DNA of 63,062 nucleotides, filler included, from Choristocarpus tenellus KU-1152 (Eukaryota > Protista > Phaeophyceae), in NCBI GenBank assembly GCA_964200185.2. It is 11 parts of 11 records of this genome, joined end to end, with 100 filler letters (N's around TTAATTAATTAA, not from the genome) between each part and the next. Parts side by side here need not be neighbours in the genome. Positions count along the whole stretch, not along the records: positions 1 to 11,176 come from CAXNAD020002465.1; positions 11,277 to 16,772 come from CAXNAD020010606.1; 9 more parts are not named here. The stretch is one strand, 5' to 3'. Both the position numbers and the translations under genes were made by a program. This document shows, piece by piece, positions 1 through 12,690 of the stretch. The notes beneath the pieces were generated by a model. The model had not been told where the DNA came from. It worked only from the letters and a program-made list of their open reading frames with translations, and searched no databases. Within the stretch, counting starts at the first letter, position 1, and each line of letters opens with the position of its first letter.

Positions 1-855
1 GCCCTTCCAAGTGCAAATACAGTCGCATAAAAAAACCATTCGGTACTTTTTTAAGACAGTTTTCGCAAAACAACCCTCATAGTCCCGCTCCTGCCTCAAT
101 TTTGAAAATCCTCTGTTATATGTCTAACATAACATTTTACCCAAGGATTTTTTTGGGCGCCTTCCTTTGTAAGTAAACAGAAAGTTTGCTAGATGAGTTG
201 GCCACCCATCAGAGGGGCTGGGGGGTATTGCAGGAAAGAATGGGCTGTCAATTTTCGTTTGAGACAACAGATAGTGTCTCCTAATAATGCACAGTACATC
301 GTGGCTCTGTCAAGAAGTGTCATCATGTGTTTCAACGTAGTAGGTACACTGGTCAGGTGGGCAACGAAGGGAATGATGCTGACAGATTTTTGGGATGCTC
401 CTCTAGATCCTCAACCCACTTCCTCGTTGGTAGGGGTAAGAGGTACGTCAGAAGCATAGTATGTAAGGTATTTGTGTACATATAATAATAATATAATATA
501 TGAATACGACTTCATTTATCCCATCCCTCATCCATCGTGATAGATAACTATTTGGTTAACTGTATTTAGGTAGGTGGACACTCCTAGTAGTGTTGTTGTT
601 GTCACCTTTCTTTGTTAATAACGCCTCTACCAAGATTTTGAACGAGATTGACAATGTGTCACACTCTTTAAAATGATACTATTTTATTCCAACTAAAAAA
701 CTACCTTCTGGGACTGATTGTCGCGCCTATTTAGTACTCACTATTTTTTGTATTATTATTTCAACATGTGATTGATTGATGTGATAATGGAAAATGTTGT
801 AGTGAGGCGTGCCTTGGTCACAGAACGCACAACCCTACCACAACGCACAACTCAA

Positions 856-3800
856 ATGGCACAAAAACATGAGGAAGGAGACCAGGAAATTGACAGAGTA
901 GTTGATCGTCCCAGTGGTAGTACAAGTACTCTTAGTACCCATTTAACTGGATATTCGCCAGGGAGTCAGGACACCGATGCGGTTCGTGATGGATTTCGTG
1001 CTCTTGGTGAAGGTGGTGTTGACACCACGAGTCCAGGCCCTCCCGTTCCCATCCATACGACATCGGGGATGAAGTGGAAGAAAGAAGTAATCCCGGAGGC
1101 GGTGAAAGAGGCAATCGCTACTTATCAGCCCGGGGAAGGTTGGAGACGCGCAAATGTACCGCCTCCTAGTAAGAATCGCTCCCCAATGTTCGACTATGGT
1201 GTTCGCCTTGTATTGGAGACATGCGAATCTAACCTGGCGTTCAGATGTATGGCAGATGAAAACTGCCGAAAGGGCAACACCCTGATCAAGCTGAAGACGA
1301 CCAACACCTCGCCTGGAATGCGTCACCTCAGGCTGATGCACAGGGTCCAATCGCAGAAGTCAATGGCTATTAGAGAAACGTGAGTATGTGCCAAGCGTCA
1401 GTTGTGTATTGTGTTTTGAGTAGTGTTGGGAGTGGCCGAAGATACTCTTGCAATTATACGCAATTTTTCTCAGTTTTCTCAGCGCACGGAATAGCCCTCT
1501 TGCTCCAAGTAATCTCTGTGCACCGCATATCATTGACTAACCTCTACCCACCGTTCTAGATGTATTGCATCGACTAACCTCGTCGTGGATCTTACCTCAT
1601 CCTGACAGGAAATTGAATATGAAGAGGACTATCGTGGACAGCAAGGGCTCCCCTCGCCTCAAACTAAACCTTCGACGTTTCCTCGCGTTAGACCATGTCA
1701 AAGTCAATGTCATTCTTGGCATGCAACCCCTCAGCTATATGGAGCACCCAGAGCGGCAGCGTCATGCACAAGTGAACAATAACACCTTCCCAATTGCGCA
1801 ACTCGATGCTGCGGGGGTGAGTCGATGACAGTGTACACATTTTATATAAGATCTGCCACAGCTGTCCGCTAGCAAATAAGTCACTGCTTCTGTGGTGTGT
1901 ATTTTTGAGCTGTTTTGATCCCATCCCCACATCATAGCAGTACAACGCTTTGCGAGGTTTTTTATGGAAATACAATTTTTATGCTGCAGTGCTCTCTCAG
2001 AGCTGATCTGCACCGCTTTCAGTTGTTATTGGAAATATTGTTAGGGCTAGTTCTCTTTTCCTACGAGTTTGGTTCTAGGCGTATTTATCGTACACCCACT
2101 CTGCTCCCATTCACACCACACCTGATCGCTACGTATGCAACACTTCCGCAACTTGCCCTATCCAAGAAGGTGACACATGTTATTCGCGAGATGTATCATG
2201 CCACAGAGAATTTGATCAAAAACCGTATCCTGAAGGATGTCAAGGATGCTGGTATCCCCATCATACACCTTATGGTTGATATCTTTGACTGCAAGGTATC
2301 CGAAAACAAGTACTTGGGTAAGTTAGTTGCGAGCTTGCCATTGATTTTTTTTTTTTGCAGAAAGTTCATACTCTTATTGCTCGCATTGCTCTCTCTCTCT
2401 CTCTCTTCTAGCACCCTTATTGCCACATTCACCCACACACATACTGCATGTAGAAAAACACAATGTGCCATAATTACTGGTGTCACTTTAACCTCAGTCT
2501 TCTCCTCTCCTCCTTGTGCGTAAACGTAACTGCCTGTCTGAACTTGTGCAGGTGCTAAAATCTCGTACAATGATTCTTCCATGATTCACCACACATTTCT
2601 GTTGGCAGTGAAGTTGTTGAGACCAAGTCCTTCCCTGGGCAAGGAGGTATTAGGCCAGCTGGTGCTGAAGTGGGTCGTTCAGGTTCTTGGGCAGTTCAGC
2701 CTGAGTCTTGAGGACATTGTTGGCGTGGTGACAAACTCAAGCCTCAGCATCAAGTCCGCATTTGACAACCACAAGGGTGTGATGAGGGAGGGGTGTATCG
2801 CCCACCTCTTGGCCCAGGTCACCAGAGAGGGGACTGGTATGAGCATGAAAATGTCTGATTCCAAGAATCTGGAATGCCGCACCCAGGTCTTCGAGCCCAT
2901 GTTGAGGGTGATTGAGTCCCTCAACAAGTCCTATATTGGAAAGGCAAGTGCACGTACAAATTGCTAGTGATTTGTTTCAGTCTTGATGACAACTGGGACA
3001 AACTGTCACAACGAGAATGATGCGGTCTGAGCTTACACAATTCTTTTTTTCTTCTCCCATGGGTTTATCTTTAAATTGGGAGTTTGTGTGGAATTGGTCT
3101 GTAATTTAAAAATCATTCTTGCATGACCCCCTCCCTCCAATTGGATGACTCTCTTCTGTTTCTGCATATCCCTGCTTCTATGGGTTTTGCTTGAGTTTAC
3201 ATTTTTCTACCCAAGGTCTAAGGTGGTATTTTATGACCCCTGTAGAGGTGATGTACCCATTTCCACCTGGGCCAGCCATCTCTAGTTCTGTTTTTGATTT
3301 CAATCTGGTATGGCACAGTTGAGGTTTAGACAGGTATCGCTCCCTGTCAAATACTTATCTGTGTTTTTTCAATGCTTCTATTTTTTAGATTCGTTTCCAG
3401 GAGTTCCTCTCTGCCATGGTGGGGAATATTGGACTTGAGAGAATGACGGACCAGGTAGCCCAGCAGAGGTGGATCAGTGTGTTACTGAACACACTGGTGA
3501 CCTTCCTTAAAGCGTTTGACTCACTGAACAAGTTTTGGGTTGAAGACCTTGAGAAACCCTTCCCATGCGCTGGCAAGAAACAGGAGGTATGAGCAAGTCC
3601 AGAGGGCACGCAGACGTCTTTATACAAGAGTTGGAAGAGGGTGAGGGTTTTGTCTGATGGTCAATGTGTTAGCTCTGTCCTTTTTTCTCAAACAATCGAG
3701 CAAGGGAGTAAGAGTAGAATTTATTTTGTGTACCTTCTTTTGTGTCCATTGTTGTTGACTTTCTGTGTTGGTCCCTCTGTCAAATGCTCTTCAAGCTACT

Positions 3801-5139
3801 AGAGGTATACACCATCATCAAGGCAATACAGGAGGTGACTGAGGCTGCCCAGTCGACAAAGTTTCCATCAGCTCCGGGTGTCTTTCAACGTATGATGATC
3901 CTCACCAACTCTGAGTTGAACACCTCTCAGCCACTGACTATGCGAGACGCTAAGGTGCACAATGGTGCCTTCTCTGCCCCCACAGAACCTGCCAGATCTG
4001 GTGAGGATGATGTACTGGCGCTGCCTGTAGACAAGATAACAGGTTTAGGCAAGTTGACCCGTGAGGTGTTCAGCACCTCTCTTGCCAGTTACTTCCGAGG
4101 TAGTCGGTATGGGGTGAAGTACATGAGTTCAAGTCACCTGTTTGATATGATGATGGCTCTCTGCCCTGGCACTCGAAAGCTAAGCTACATTGATCGTCTT
4201 GCACCCACTAGTGCAATTGCGTACGAGATCAAGAAGAAAGTGTGGCAGCAGGTGCATGACATCATGGTCAAGGTCATAGTTGCTGCTCGTGTTCACTTGC
4301 CGGTTTGTAAGTCTGTGGAAAGTCCGGGGAGCAAGGAGGTAGGCTTCAAGAATGAGAACAGGCCGACCCCTGCCACGAGCCTGTCCCTTGGAGTGAGAAA
4401 TATGTCAGGATTGTTTGACGATTCAGAGGAGGAGGAAGAACAGAGAGAAATTGAGGATATGTCTGCTGAGGAGGCGGCTGTCACCTGCATAAAGATGTGG
4501 AGGGATGCCAAGGTGAATTTTGTTTTTGCTTTTTTTTTCAGTGTCTCTTTTTTTTTAATGTGTAGACAGACTGTCTTTCCTAGGTAAAGTAGTGTTCTTA
4601 GTAGTGAGATCATCAAGAAGAGAGTGCCAACTACAAGCTCAACCCATGTTTTTACTTTAGAGATGCAACAAACTTCACCTTGACTCTGCTTTTGTATCCA
4701 ACTCTCTTCCGTACAGATCCCAGTTGCAATGAAGAGAGCAACTACAGGTCAGGAGATAGCCAGTTTCTGGGTGTCATATGGCAAGCGCATGTTCCCGTAT
4801 GTTTTCAGAGTAGCTCAGGCTGTCCTTGGGTGCACTTCATCTTCCGTTGTGCTGAAGTCAGATTTCTCATTGTCCAACCAGGACCATTTCCTGGATTGGA
4901 GCACCTTGGACCCAGCCATCTCAGAGATGCTATTCTTCCTGCAGGGTTCCTATAGCACTATCCCAGACAACATACCAATTCTCTCTCCCATAGAGGCGTT
5001 GGAAGCAGTGCCAGATCGGCTCAAAGACCCAGTGAAACTCCAAGAAGTAGCAGAGCTTGATGTGTTTCCTCTCCTGGAAAGCTTGTTTGTTGTTGACCTA
5101 GATGAGGAAGAGGGAGTGGGCATGGCAGGCATGTTGTAA
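856..5139 (+). CDS. hAT-superfamily transposase-like protein (BED zinc finger + RNase H-like core + hAT dimerization domain), 7 exons, about 869 aa, probably catalytically dead
   Basis: Exons 856-1379, 1609-1816, 2170-2317 (alternative acceptor 2167), 2552-2943, 3389-3586, 3796-4512 and 4717-5139 join in consistent phase with no stop. Introns are GT-AG except intron 4 (GC-AG). Motifs: C-x4-C...H-x4-H BED finger (RCMADENC...RHLRLMH), HLMVDIF...KYLG, VVTNSS, CIAHLL, QRWISV, FW..FPYVFRVAQAVLG..SSSVVLKSDFS. Confidence 0.85.
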
Positions 5140-5941
5140 GTCATTTTATCCCATTTTATCCTTTCTGGTGGTAGCTCTGTTCACTGATTAGGACAGTAGG
5201 TTGGCGCTATTGCATATTTACTGTATAGAAGATAGAGGTAGCAGTGCTTCTGCATGGCTTTTTATTATGTGATTTTTGGTTTTAAAGTCCGCTTAGGTTC
5301 CAAATCTGGGCAGTAGACACTAAGTTTACTCTGTTGCTTGCTTCCAATCTCCAGGATAGTAGAACGTGACAATAGATGTACTGTGAAGTATTTATGGTAG
5401 TGAATGCACTTTCACGTTCCAGCATGGTGTAGATAGTCATTTTCATCGCATTGCAGGCTCTCCACAGGAAATGAAATATTCCTGAAAAGGGGAGAGGTCT
5501 ATGAATGGACCCTGGAGAATTAAGTCTTGAGAAATGCTACAGTCCACCGTTTACCATTGGCACATCAAGAATTATGTATATAATCAACATTTCACAAATG
5601 GTAAGAGTGGTTAAATGCTATTATTAATAAGAACAATGATCAAACAATGATAACCAAGAGCAATAATGTAAATGTTGTAAAAAGATATGGTCATCTTGCA
5701 CCTTACTCAATCCATGTATTCCAAACAGCCAGAACACTCACAGAACTTGTTTGAAGCCTTAAACACTACAGAAAGCTATCAAGCATTGACATCATTACCT
5801 ACAGTCACAATGCAAGGTAGATGCTATGTATTGTAGTAACAGAACAGGGGTGTTGACTGTGGGTTAGTTTTTGCAACCTACTACTATATTTGTTATCGGT
5901 GCATGCTTCCATTGACTATCTGCGATATAAAATCTTTCCTA

Positions 5942-6176
5942 TTCTTGTTATGTTTAACACTGTGTTCAGAATCAGAATGATTTGTTTTAAGTTAAAGATT
6001 ATCAATGTAAATTTGACTTTTTCTTGTTATATTTAACACTGTGTTCAGAATCAGAATGATTCATTTTATGTTAAAGAATATCAATGTAAATTTGACTATT
6101 TCTTGTTCTTGTGTTTAACGCTGTGTTAAGAATCAGAATGATTCATTTTACGTTAAAGATCATCAATGTAAATTGA
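5942..6176. repeat. Tandem repeat, 3 copies of about 79 bp
   Basis: The unit ttcttgtt...tttaacactgtgttcagaatcagaatgat...ttaaaga.atcaatgtaaatt starts at 5942, 6021 and 6100. Confidence 0.9.
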
Positions 6177-6799
6177 GGGGATCAGATTCAACTGGTTTCC
6201 TTCTGTTGTGCTGCTTGTGGAGCATGCGGTACTTTGCACTCCTTCTATGCACAGTGGGACATATTTGAATCTAATTGACCCTATCTACTTTTTTATATGT
6301 GATTTTATATAGTCTCACCAAACCTTTCCGAATACTTTAACAGTTACATGGACTTGTTATATTGAGTACAATTTACAAAGGAATGATCTTGGTGGGAGTT
6401 ATTTATTGAGAATTAGAGAAAATGATGTGTTCCTCTTCATTTGATCTGAACAGGATATATATAATATAATATATATTGCTGAGGGTGTAAGAGGCGGAGC
6501 AGAATGATAGTAACGGAGAAGAACACTATCTCAAGCGGAAATCCATACACACAGTACAAATGCTTGCATCTTCTGCGAGTAGAACTAACAGAAAAAAGTT
6601 AGGCAGGTTCTATTTCAGCCCTTTCACCCCTCAATGAAAAGTTCTGTTATCTCAATCAAGGTGCATTTTTTCGACATTTCATGCGACACGTTTTGAGCTA
6701 CCTTGTAGAAGTGGACTTCAATTTAAAAAAACAGAATCTTGAAGTAAAAAAAATGTGACCAGCCCGGGTGAATGAAGCAACCAATAGGGTATATTTGAC

Positions 6800-6810
<11 letters not shown>

Positions 6811-6850
<40 letters not shown>
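6811..6850. repeat. (CT)n microsatellite
   Basis: Perfect CT run. Confidence 0.95.
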
Positions 6851-6852
<2 letters not shown>

Positions 6853-7319
6853 ATAATACACGTATAGTACGATATATGCTCACACCTCCTCATGCGATAA
6901 GTCAAGGCCTCAGTTGACGAATTATGACTGACATGTGAGGGCCTGCCTTTCAACGATTACTTTCTGATCTTAGTGTAATCTAAATTCTACAAATTCAAAC
7001 AATAAGCCCTGTTTTGAGATCCACCTTAAGTGGTGACTACTGCACACAACAAATAGATGTGCCTACTATATTTCTTACTTTGTGGTAGTACCAATAAATT
7101 TAATATCTGTTGAATGTTACAGTTTTGAATGTGTATTGGGAAAGAGAATTGTAGGAAGGTGTTATGACAGAGGGTACATATATATATATAGGTAACAACC
7201 ATATCAACAGTTCACTGTGTTAGTACATTTTTCGCTTGAGCTTTGCCTTCATACTCCGGAGCATTTTTATTTCAAAATATAAGTTTTTTCACCACATCAT
7301 ATTATATACATATATACAA

Positions 7320-7715
7320 CTCCCTCTGTTCCATATGTCTGTTCCTTTATGCATGTACCTCTTCGGGATAACCTCCGATTTCAAAACGAATTTTTGCGTT
7401 GGAATCCTCGGAAAACTTTACGCAAGATGAGTTATATTTGAAATATGTATCCTGGAAATACTCTGAACATATGGAACAATAAAAAAAGGGCATGAGACGT
7501 GTCATACTCCCTCTGTCCCGCAAGTCTGTTCCTGTACGCAAAAATGAGCCGAATATGCCCGTCTTTTCTATTCCATATTTTCAGAACGATTTCGGAATAT
7601 ATATTTTCAAATGCAAAATTTTCTGAGGAATCCAACGCAAAAATCCGTTTTGAAATCGGAGGTCATCCCGAGGTGGTACATGCACAAAGGAACATACTTA
7701 TGGGACAGAAGGGAT
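7320..7715. mobile_element. Stowaway-like (Tc1/mariner) foldback MITE
   Basis: Starts ctccctctgttcc and ends gggacagaagggat, followed by TA. About 110 bp at each end are inverted complements (acctccgatttcaaaacg...gcgttggaatcctc / gaggaatccaacgc...cgttttgaaatcggaggt). A second TA-ctccctctgtccc terminus lies internally at 7507. Confidence 0.8.
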
Positions 7716-10700
7716 TATGTACAGTAGTCGTTGGGGATGAAGTGTTTTCTTTGAATCAATTTGCATCAAATTTGTTCAAATGGCAACCATTTTCTGACAG
7801 TAGGATCAACCTTAATCGCAGCAGCAAAGTTCTGTTTGCAACCTCACTTCGTGCAAATGACCGTAGGTGGTCCGATGCCTCCTCACACCTCTCCATACTG
7901 ATGGCTGTGGTATATACTGGTCACCATGGGACTCGTGAAGTGTTTCCTTCATGAAGAGATGGGCACACGACCTTGCTTGGTGGATACTCACAGAGGGATA
8001 ATAGCGACGTGTCTTACAGATGATAGCCATTCACCATTGGCGGCCTGGTTGACAACAAAGGAGGATGAAAGCAACCCCTCATCTGGTAATTGTTACCCTG
8101 CACCCTTTACCACAAGCCCAAAACCACAACAATCAGTTTTACCCCATCCTTGCCCCAACCTTTGTCATTCGTCTGCTGCTCATTCCTCTGCCCATCATCC
8201 CACCTTGCTGTCTTCATCGCTGCCCTGCACACTAGACCTTGCTCATCAGTGAGGCCTACCCAAGTTTCCTCCTCCCATTTTGGGTACAATACGAAGCTGG
8301 GATACGTACTGGTTGCCGTACCAATGCCACTCATTCCGCAGGAAGTGATGCTCTCAACAGTGCATTACACAAATGCAAGATCTCTCCACTCCTAGCTGAA
8401 CATTAATACTCTGAAGATTATTTCATATCTTTGAAGTACTACATTAAGCATAGTAAGTATAGTCATGAAAACGTACTAAGAGAAAAAAATGCATTTTCTA
8501 CGCTGGAGTGTATGTCCTACCCAACTTATCCCCGTACCCTGTCCTATATCACTTATTGGATCACCTTTTCGATCCAGTTCCTAGCAACTAGAAAACCAAC
8601 TTTGCTGGGCGAAGATCGACAACCATTCTCTCTGTAGAGTATTAATGAGCAGGTTCCAAAACAAAATCAGCTTTCAAAAAAACAAATGTTTTTGATAAAG
8701 GGGGCTGAGATTCCTTGATGTAATCAGAACCAAAGGTGAAATCTTGGATTATCATCAACACACAATCTTTTGGGAGCATACGTGAAGAAGCAGGATTTGA
8801 GCCAGGCGGAAGATTGTTGAGGATTGACTCAACTTTTGATACCACAGAGGAAGTCCTGGCGGCACTGTCATACTGCAGCATTGATTGCATCACCTTTAGC
8901 GGCCACTAAAGGAGGTATCTCTTCGCCCTCACCACCAGTACCACTTGCCTAAGGGGATCTGCTCGTTCAGCTCTGACATACTATACTACATGTTTGATGC
9001 GCCGACTTTTTTGTTGTTGTGTTTGGTGTCTCCACACCATCTATCTCTTAATAGTCTGCCTGTATTTCTCCCTGCTTGTAATCGTTCATTTTTCTTTGCT
9101 AAACTTGTCCACTATGATTATGTCTTGTTGGCTTCTTCTTTTCGTGTCCTCTTCTCACTCCCTCTCCCTTTCATACTTCATACTCCCATCTGAAGCAGTC
9201 CTCTTCCTTTGAACAGCTCCGCAACGAGCAACACACTCCAGAGCCAAAGTAGACGAGAGGTAACCAGACTTGCTTTTTGAGGGTGCTAACAAATACCTGC
9301 ATAATTCGTTTTTTTTCTAAGTATCTACTGGAACTATCCTGAATCATGTCGATCATTTCAACCAATAGAGTAGCCAACGCTCTCAAGTTAAACTTAGCAC
9401 TTCATCCACAGAAGTATGGGTGAATCGCAAAAGATTGAAAATACTCGCTTGAAATACAAAAATATATTATTTGAAGAATCAAACCAACTGAGAGTTAGGT
9501 AGGGTTGCATTTCAAGGATCCCGAGAAAGGACGAAAATATGCCAACTTGTGCAATAGCAGAAAGAGTCTTTGCTTAATTGTGGTGTTACTTTGTTCATAG
9601 AAAGGGGGAACATCAATTTTGTGTACATTGTTGCGCACATGGAGCAATGAAATAGAGTGTATTGCACAGGGTAAGAGTTACTTAGAATGCAAAAGGGTCC
9701 AAATCTGCCTAACTTTCAATTGGTGTGACTCTGAAAAAGATAACTAAATAATGACTATGAAAGGTTAGCACTCTCACAACACTGTTGTTGTTACACATTT
9801 TGATGTATTCAGGACAGAGTACAAAAAATACTTTTTGTGAAACGAGATTTATTCTTAGCCTTCATAACACGACATTCACAACGTGACTTGGGAGGTAACG
9901 AGGACCATACGACCACTCTATGACCCTACATAATTGTCGTGGAAAGTACACAGAAACCATATGCCTATGATAAGGGGAAACTTTCCCTCAAAATGCAATG
10001 TTGTCCATTTTAGTTTGGTCGCAACCCTAATACGAAGTTGTTTGTGAAAGAGCGTTCAACATCATGACCAAAGATTACGTATCTTCAGAATAGAACATGA
10101 AAGATCACGATGCCATGGTGAAAGGAACAATGAAATTTGTGACACTTGAAAATCTGTACAGATGGGGTCTCGGGTGAGTTAACACCTCCTTGGGGCACAC
10201 AGCCCACCTAACTGGACTTCACTCCTCGAACATCTGGGATGGTGGGTTAGGTTTTTTTCCAAGTTACTTCATGGTTGCGTACACCTTCTAGAGATTGACC
10301 TATACGTTTATGTCCAAATACCAGAACTTTTTATGGGGCAATTCATTTCTCAAACTGGTTCCAATATTTATAACATGCGTTCAGATTAAGGTCGTCAGAG
10401 ATAGTAACTGGATTATACTCTGGGATGGTTGGGGACCACGTTGAAACAGATATGGATGGAACTGGGCTGGCCCAGTCCGATATCAATAAATTTAACTCAG
10501 TGGTGGACAGAGAGATGCTAAAGGTATACGTACATAAATGCACAATGTTATTCCCACATATATTATGCTTAATATGAAATTGAGTTTGACATATTTTGAC
10601 CGGGTCAACTTGGATCATGCTTACTCAGTGTGGTGAAAATACTTGGTTTTCCAAGACCGTCAACTGTTTCAACGTGGCTGGACTGTTGTCCGACCTGGTA

Positions 10701-11176
10701 TGATCAGTATATTTTGGGTTGGTCCATGCTCCCAAACTGGTTCAACCTGGCCAGGACACGGGCTGACCTGTGGCCATGGGTTGGACCATGGTCGTGCTAT
10801 CTGCCCTGTGATGATGAAAACGCCACAACAAGAACACCCCATCAGTTACATCAATACATCGACACTACCACCACCACTTGCACTTCCACCTGATTTCGGC
10901 ATCTTGATAAGGCTATTATTTAATATACCTACCTGTGGTTGACAACTTGCCACTGTTCTTCGAAATTCGAACAGGACCATCTTTTAGGAATCTAATTATG
11001 ACATACTGGACTTTCTCACAGGCAGGCAGGTAGGTCTTTGTTTAACAGCTTGTGAAGACTTGGTTTTTGGGGATCTCACTTCACAACCGTGTCTATATAC
11101 TTGACCCAAAGTATCTGGGGGGGGGGGGGGGGGCTACACCAGGGTGTCCATTTGGACCAAAATCAGAAAAAAAAAG

Positions 11177-11276
11177 NNNNNNNNNNNNNNNNNNNNNNNN
11201 NNNNNNNNNNNNNNNNNNNNTTAATTAATTAANNNNNNNNNNNNNNNNNNNNNNNNNNNNNNNNNNNNNNNNNNNN
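11177..11276. other. Artificial contig spacer N44-TTAATTAATTAA-N44 (first of ten)
   Basis: Identical 100-bp spacers also at 16773-16872, 21128-21227, 26235-26334, 28934-29033, 33348-33447, 39589-39688, 42960-43059, 54972-55071 and 59750-59849. The 12-mer gives stops in all six frames. Confidence 0.98.
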
Positions 11277-12069
11277 ATGGGGATGTGGAAAGGGGGGTAG
11301 AAGGAGAAAGAAAAGGAGCAGAGAGGGTTGGGTGATTTACTTTACATGTCATTATATGGAGGGTGAGCAATGTTGAATCGTGGGTGGGCTGGGTAGAGTT
11401 GGTCCATCTGCATTGACTACACTTTAGGTACACTTGTTATTTTCTGGTTTCGTTTTGGTGTTTGGCACTTGTAGATCCTAATGAGGGACTGGATTCGATG
11501 TGAAGCAAGCTGTGCCTTTTATTTGTCTGTCTTCCCCCTTTACATCTTTTTTTTTGTGTGGTGGAAGGGACAATATTAGAGAAGAGGGGAGCAAGGGTGC
11601 GAGGGAACAGACAGGAATGTGGTATCTAGTACTTTGTTGCTGTCTCCGGATTGCAAGATCTTGACCAAATTCTCACTTGTTTCTAGATATCTGCTGCTTT
11701 TTCTGAACATAGACGAAATGGTAGCTACCTACACTATCAATGTAGTGTGAGGAATTAGACGTGAAGGATCCTCTGTTGTCCTCTGAACATGCATATTTTA
11801 TTTATTTAGTGGACAACCTCCCGTCCTGGTGGGTGGGTGAGTAAGACACCAGACTCCCTTATCGCTTTCAGTTGGTCACAAGACAGAGCTGCACCAAATT
11901 AGGTCATTGGAACTCCCATACAGTGTTTTGAAGCACGTGCACTTTATAGTGTAACAGTGACCAAGGTGTCATCTACGTGTGACTATGACTCTATCTGCTT
12001 GCACCTACTTGCTGAATATTTTCATATGAACAATGCAGAATGGACTGCCGAAGTTTACATAATGAGGCA

Positions 12070-12262
12070 GGGAGCCAGTAAAACCTTTCATATCGGAGTG
12101 GATTAGATCGTTTGCCCCAGTTTTTTTTATGAAATGGACGGACAATGGAAGTGCCTAACCCTAAATGTTGAAACCACCTCCCTACCTAGTCCGTCTGATT
12201 TATCAAAAGTGCTACGGGAAACGGTCTAATCCAATCCGACGTCGGAAATCTGACCAGATTCC
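12070..12262. mobile_element. Small foldback MITE, MULE-like
   Basis: Long imperfect inverted arms (tcggagtggattagatcgttt / aaacggtctaatccaatccga; gacggac / gtccgtc). The direct repeat atgaggca at 12062-12069 and 12265-12272 is a candidate target-site duplication. Confidence 0.6.
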
Positions 12263-12690
12263 AGATGAGGCATGCATTGTTCTGGTGCATAGTTTACAGC
12301 TGTTGGTAAGTTGTCTGCAAGAATGACTGAAATATCTCGCGGTTTTTTGGGCATCATTTGCACTATACTATATTGTGAAGTTGCTTCTGGTGCCTATATT
12401 TCATTGCTTCTGCCTTTAGCAATTATGTCACCAAGATACTGGTGCCCCTGAATTGGGTTGATGGGAATGAAAAGCTTCAAGGAGGCGATACAAGAAACAG
12501 GGAAGAATAGTGGTGATGAGGATTTTGTCTAGTCAGTCTATTCCTACGGTGTTGTTGGTTGCTCCTGTGATGAGTGGCGTTCAGATGGATGGAGTGATTC
12601 TCTTGTCATGGGTAGGATCTTTGTGATGTAGGTGGCGTCAACAAGGTTCTCTGTCAGTCATGTATACCCTGGATTGGTTGCTAGTGGTTA

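Noticed and set aside
5942-6176. CRISPR-like array
   Set aside because: The units are contiguous with no unique spacers, there are no cas genes, and the context is eukaryotic.
7730-9400. Fragmented minus-strand frames, possibly a decayed gag-like ORF
   Set aside because: There are many stops and frameshifts and no diagnostic motif I could support.
11221-11232. Recurrent TTAATTAATTAA palindrome as a biological repeat or CRISPR-like array
   Set aside because: It is always centred in N44 padding and gives stops in all six frames, so it is an assembly linker.
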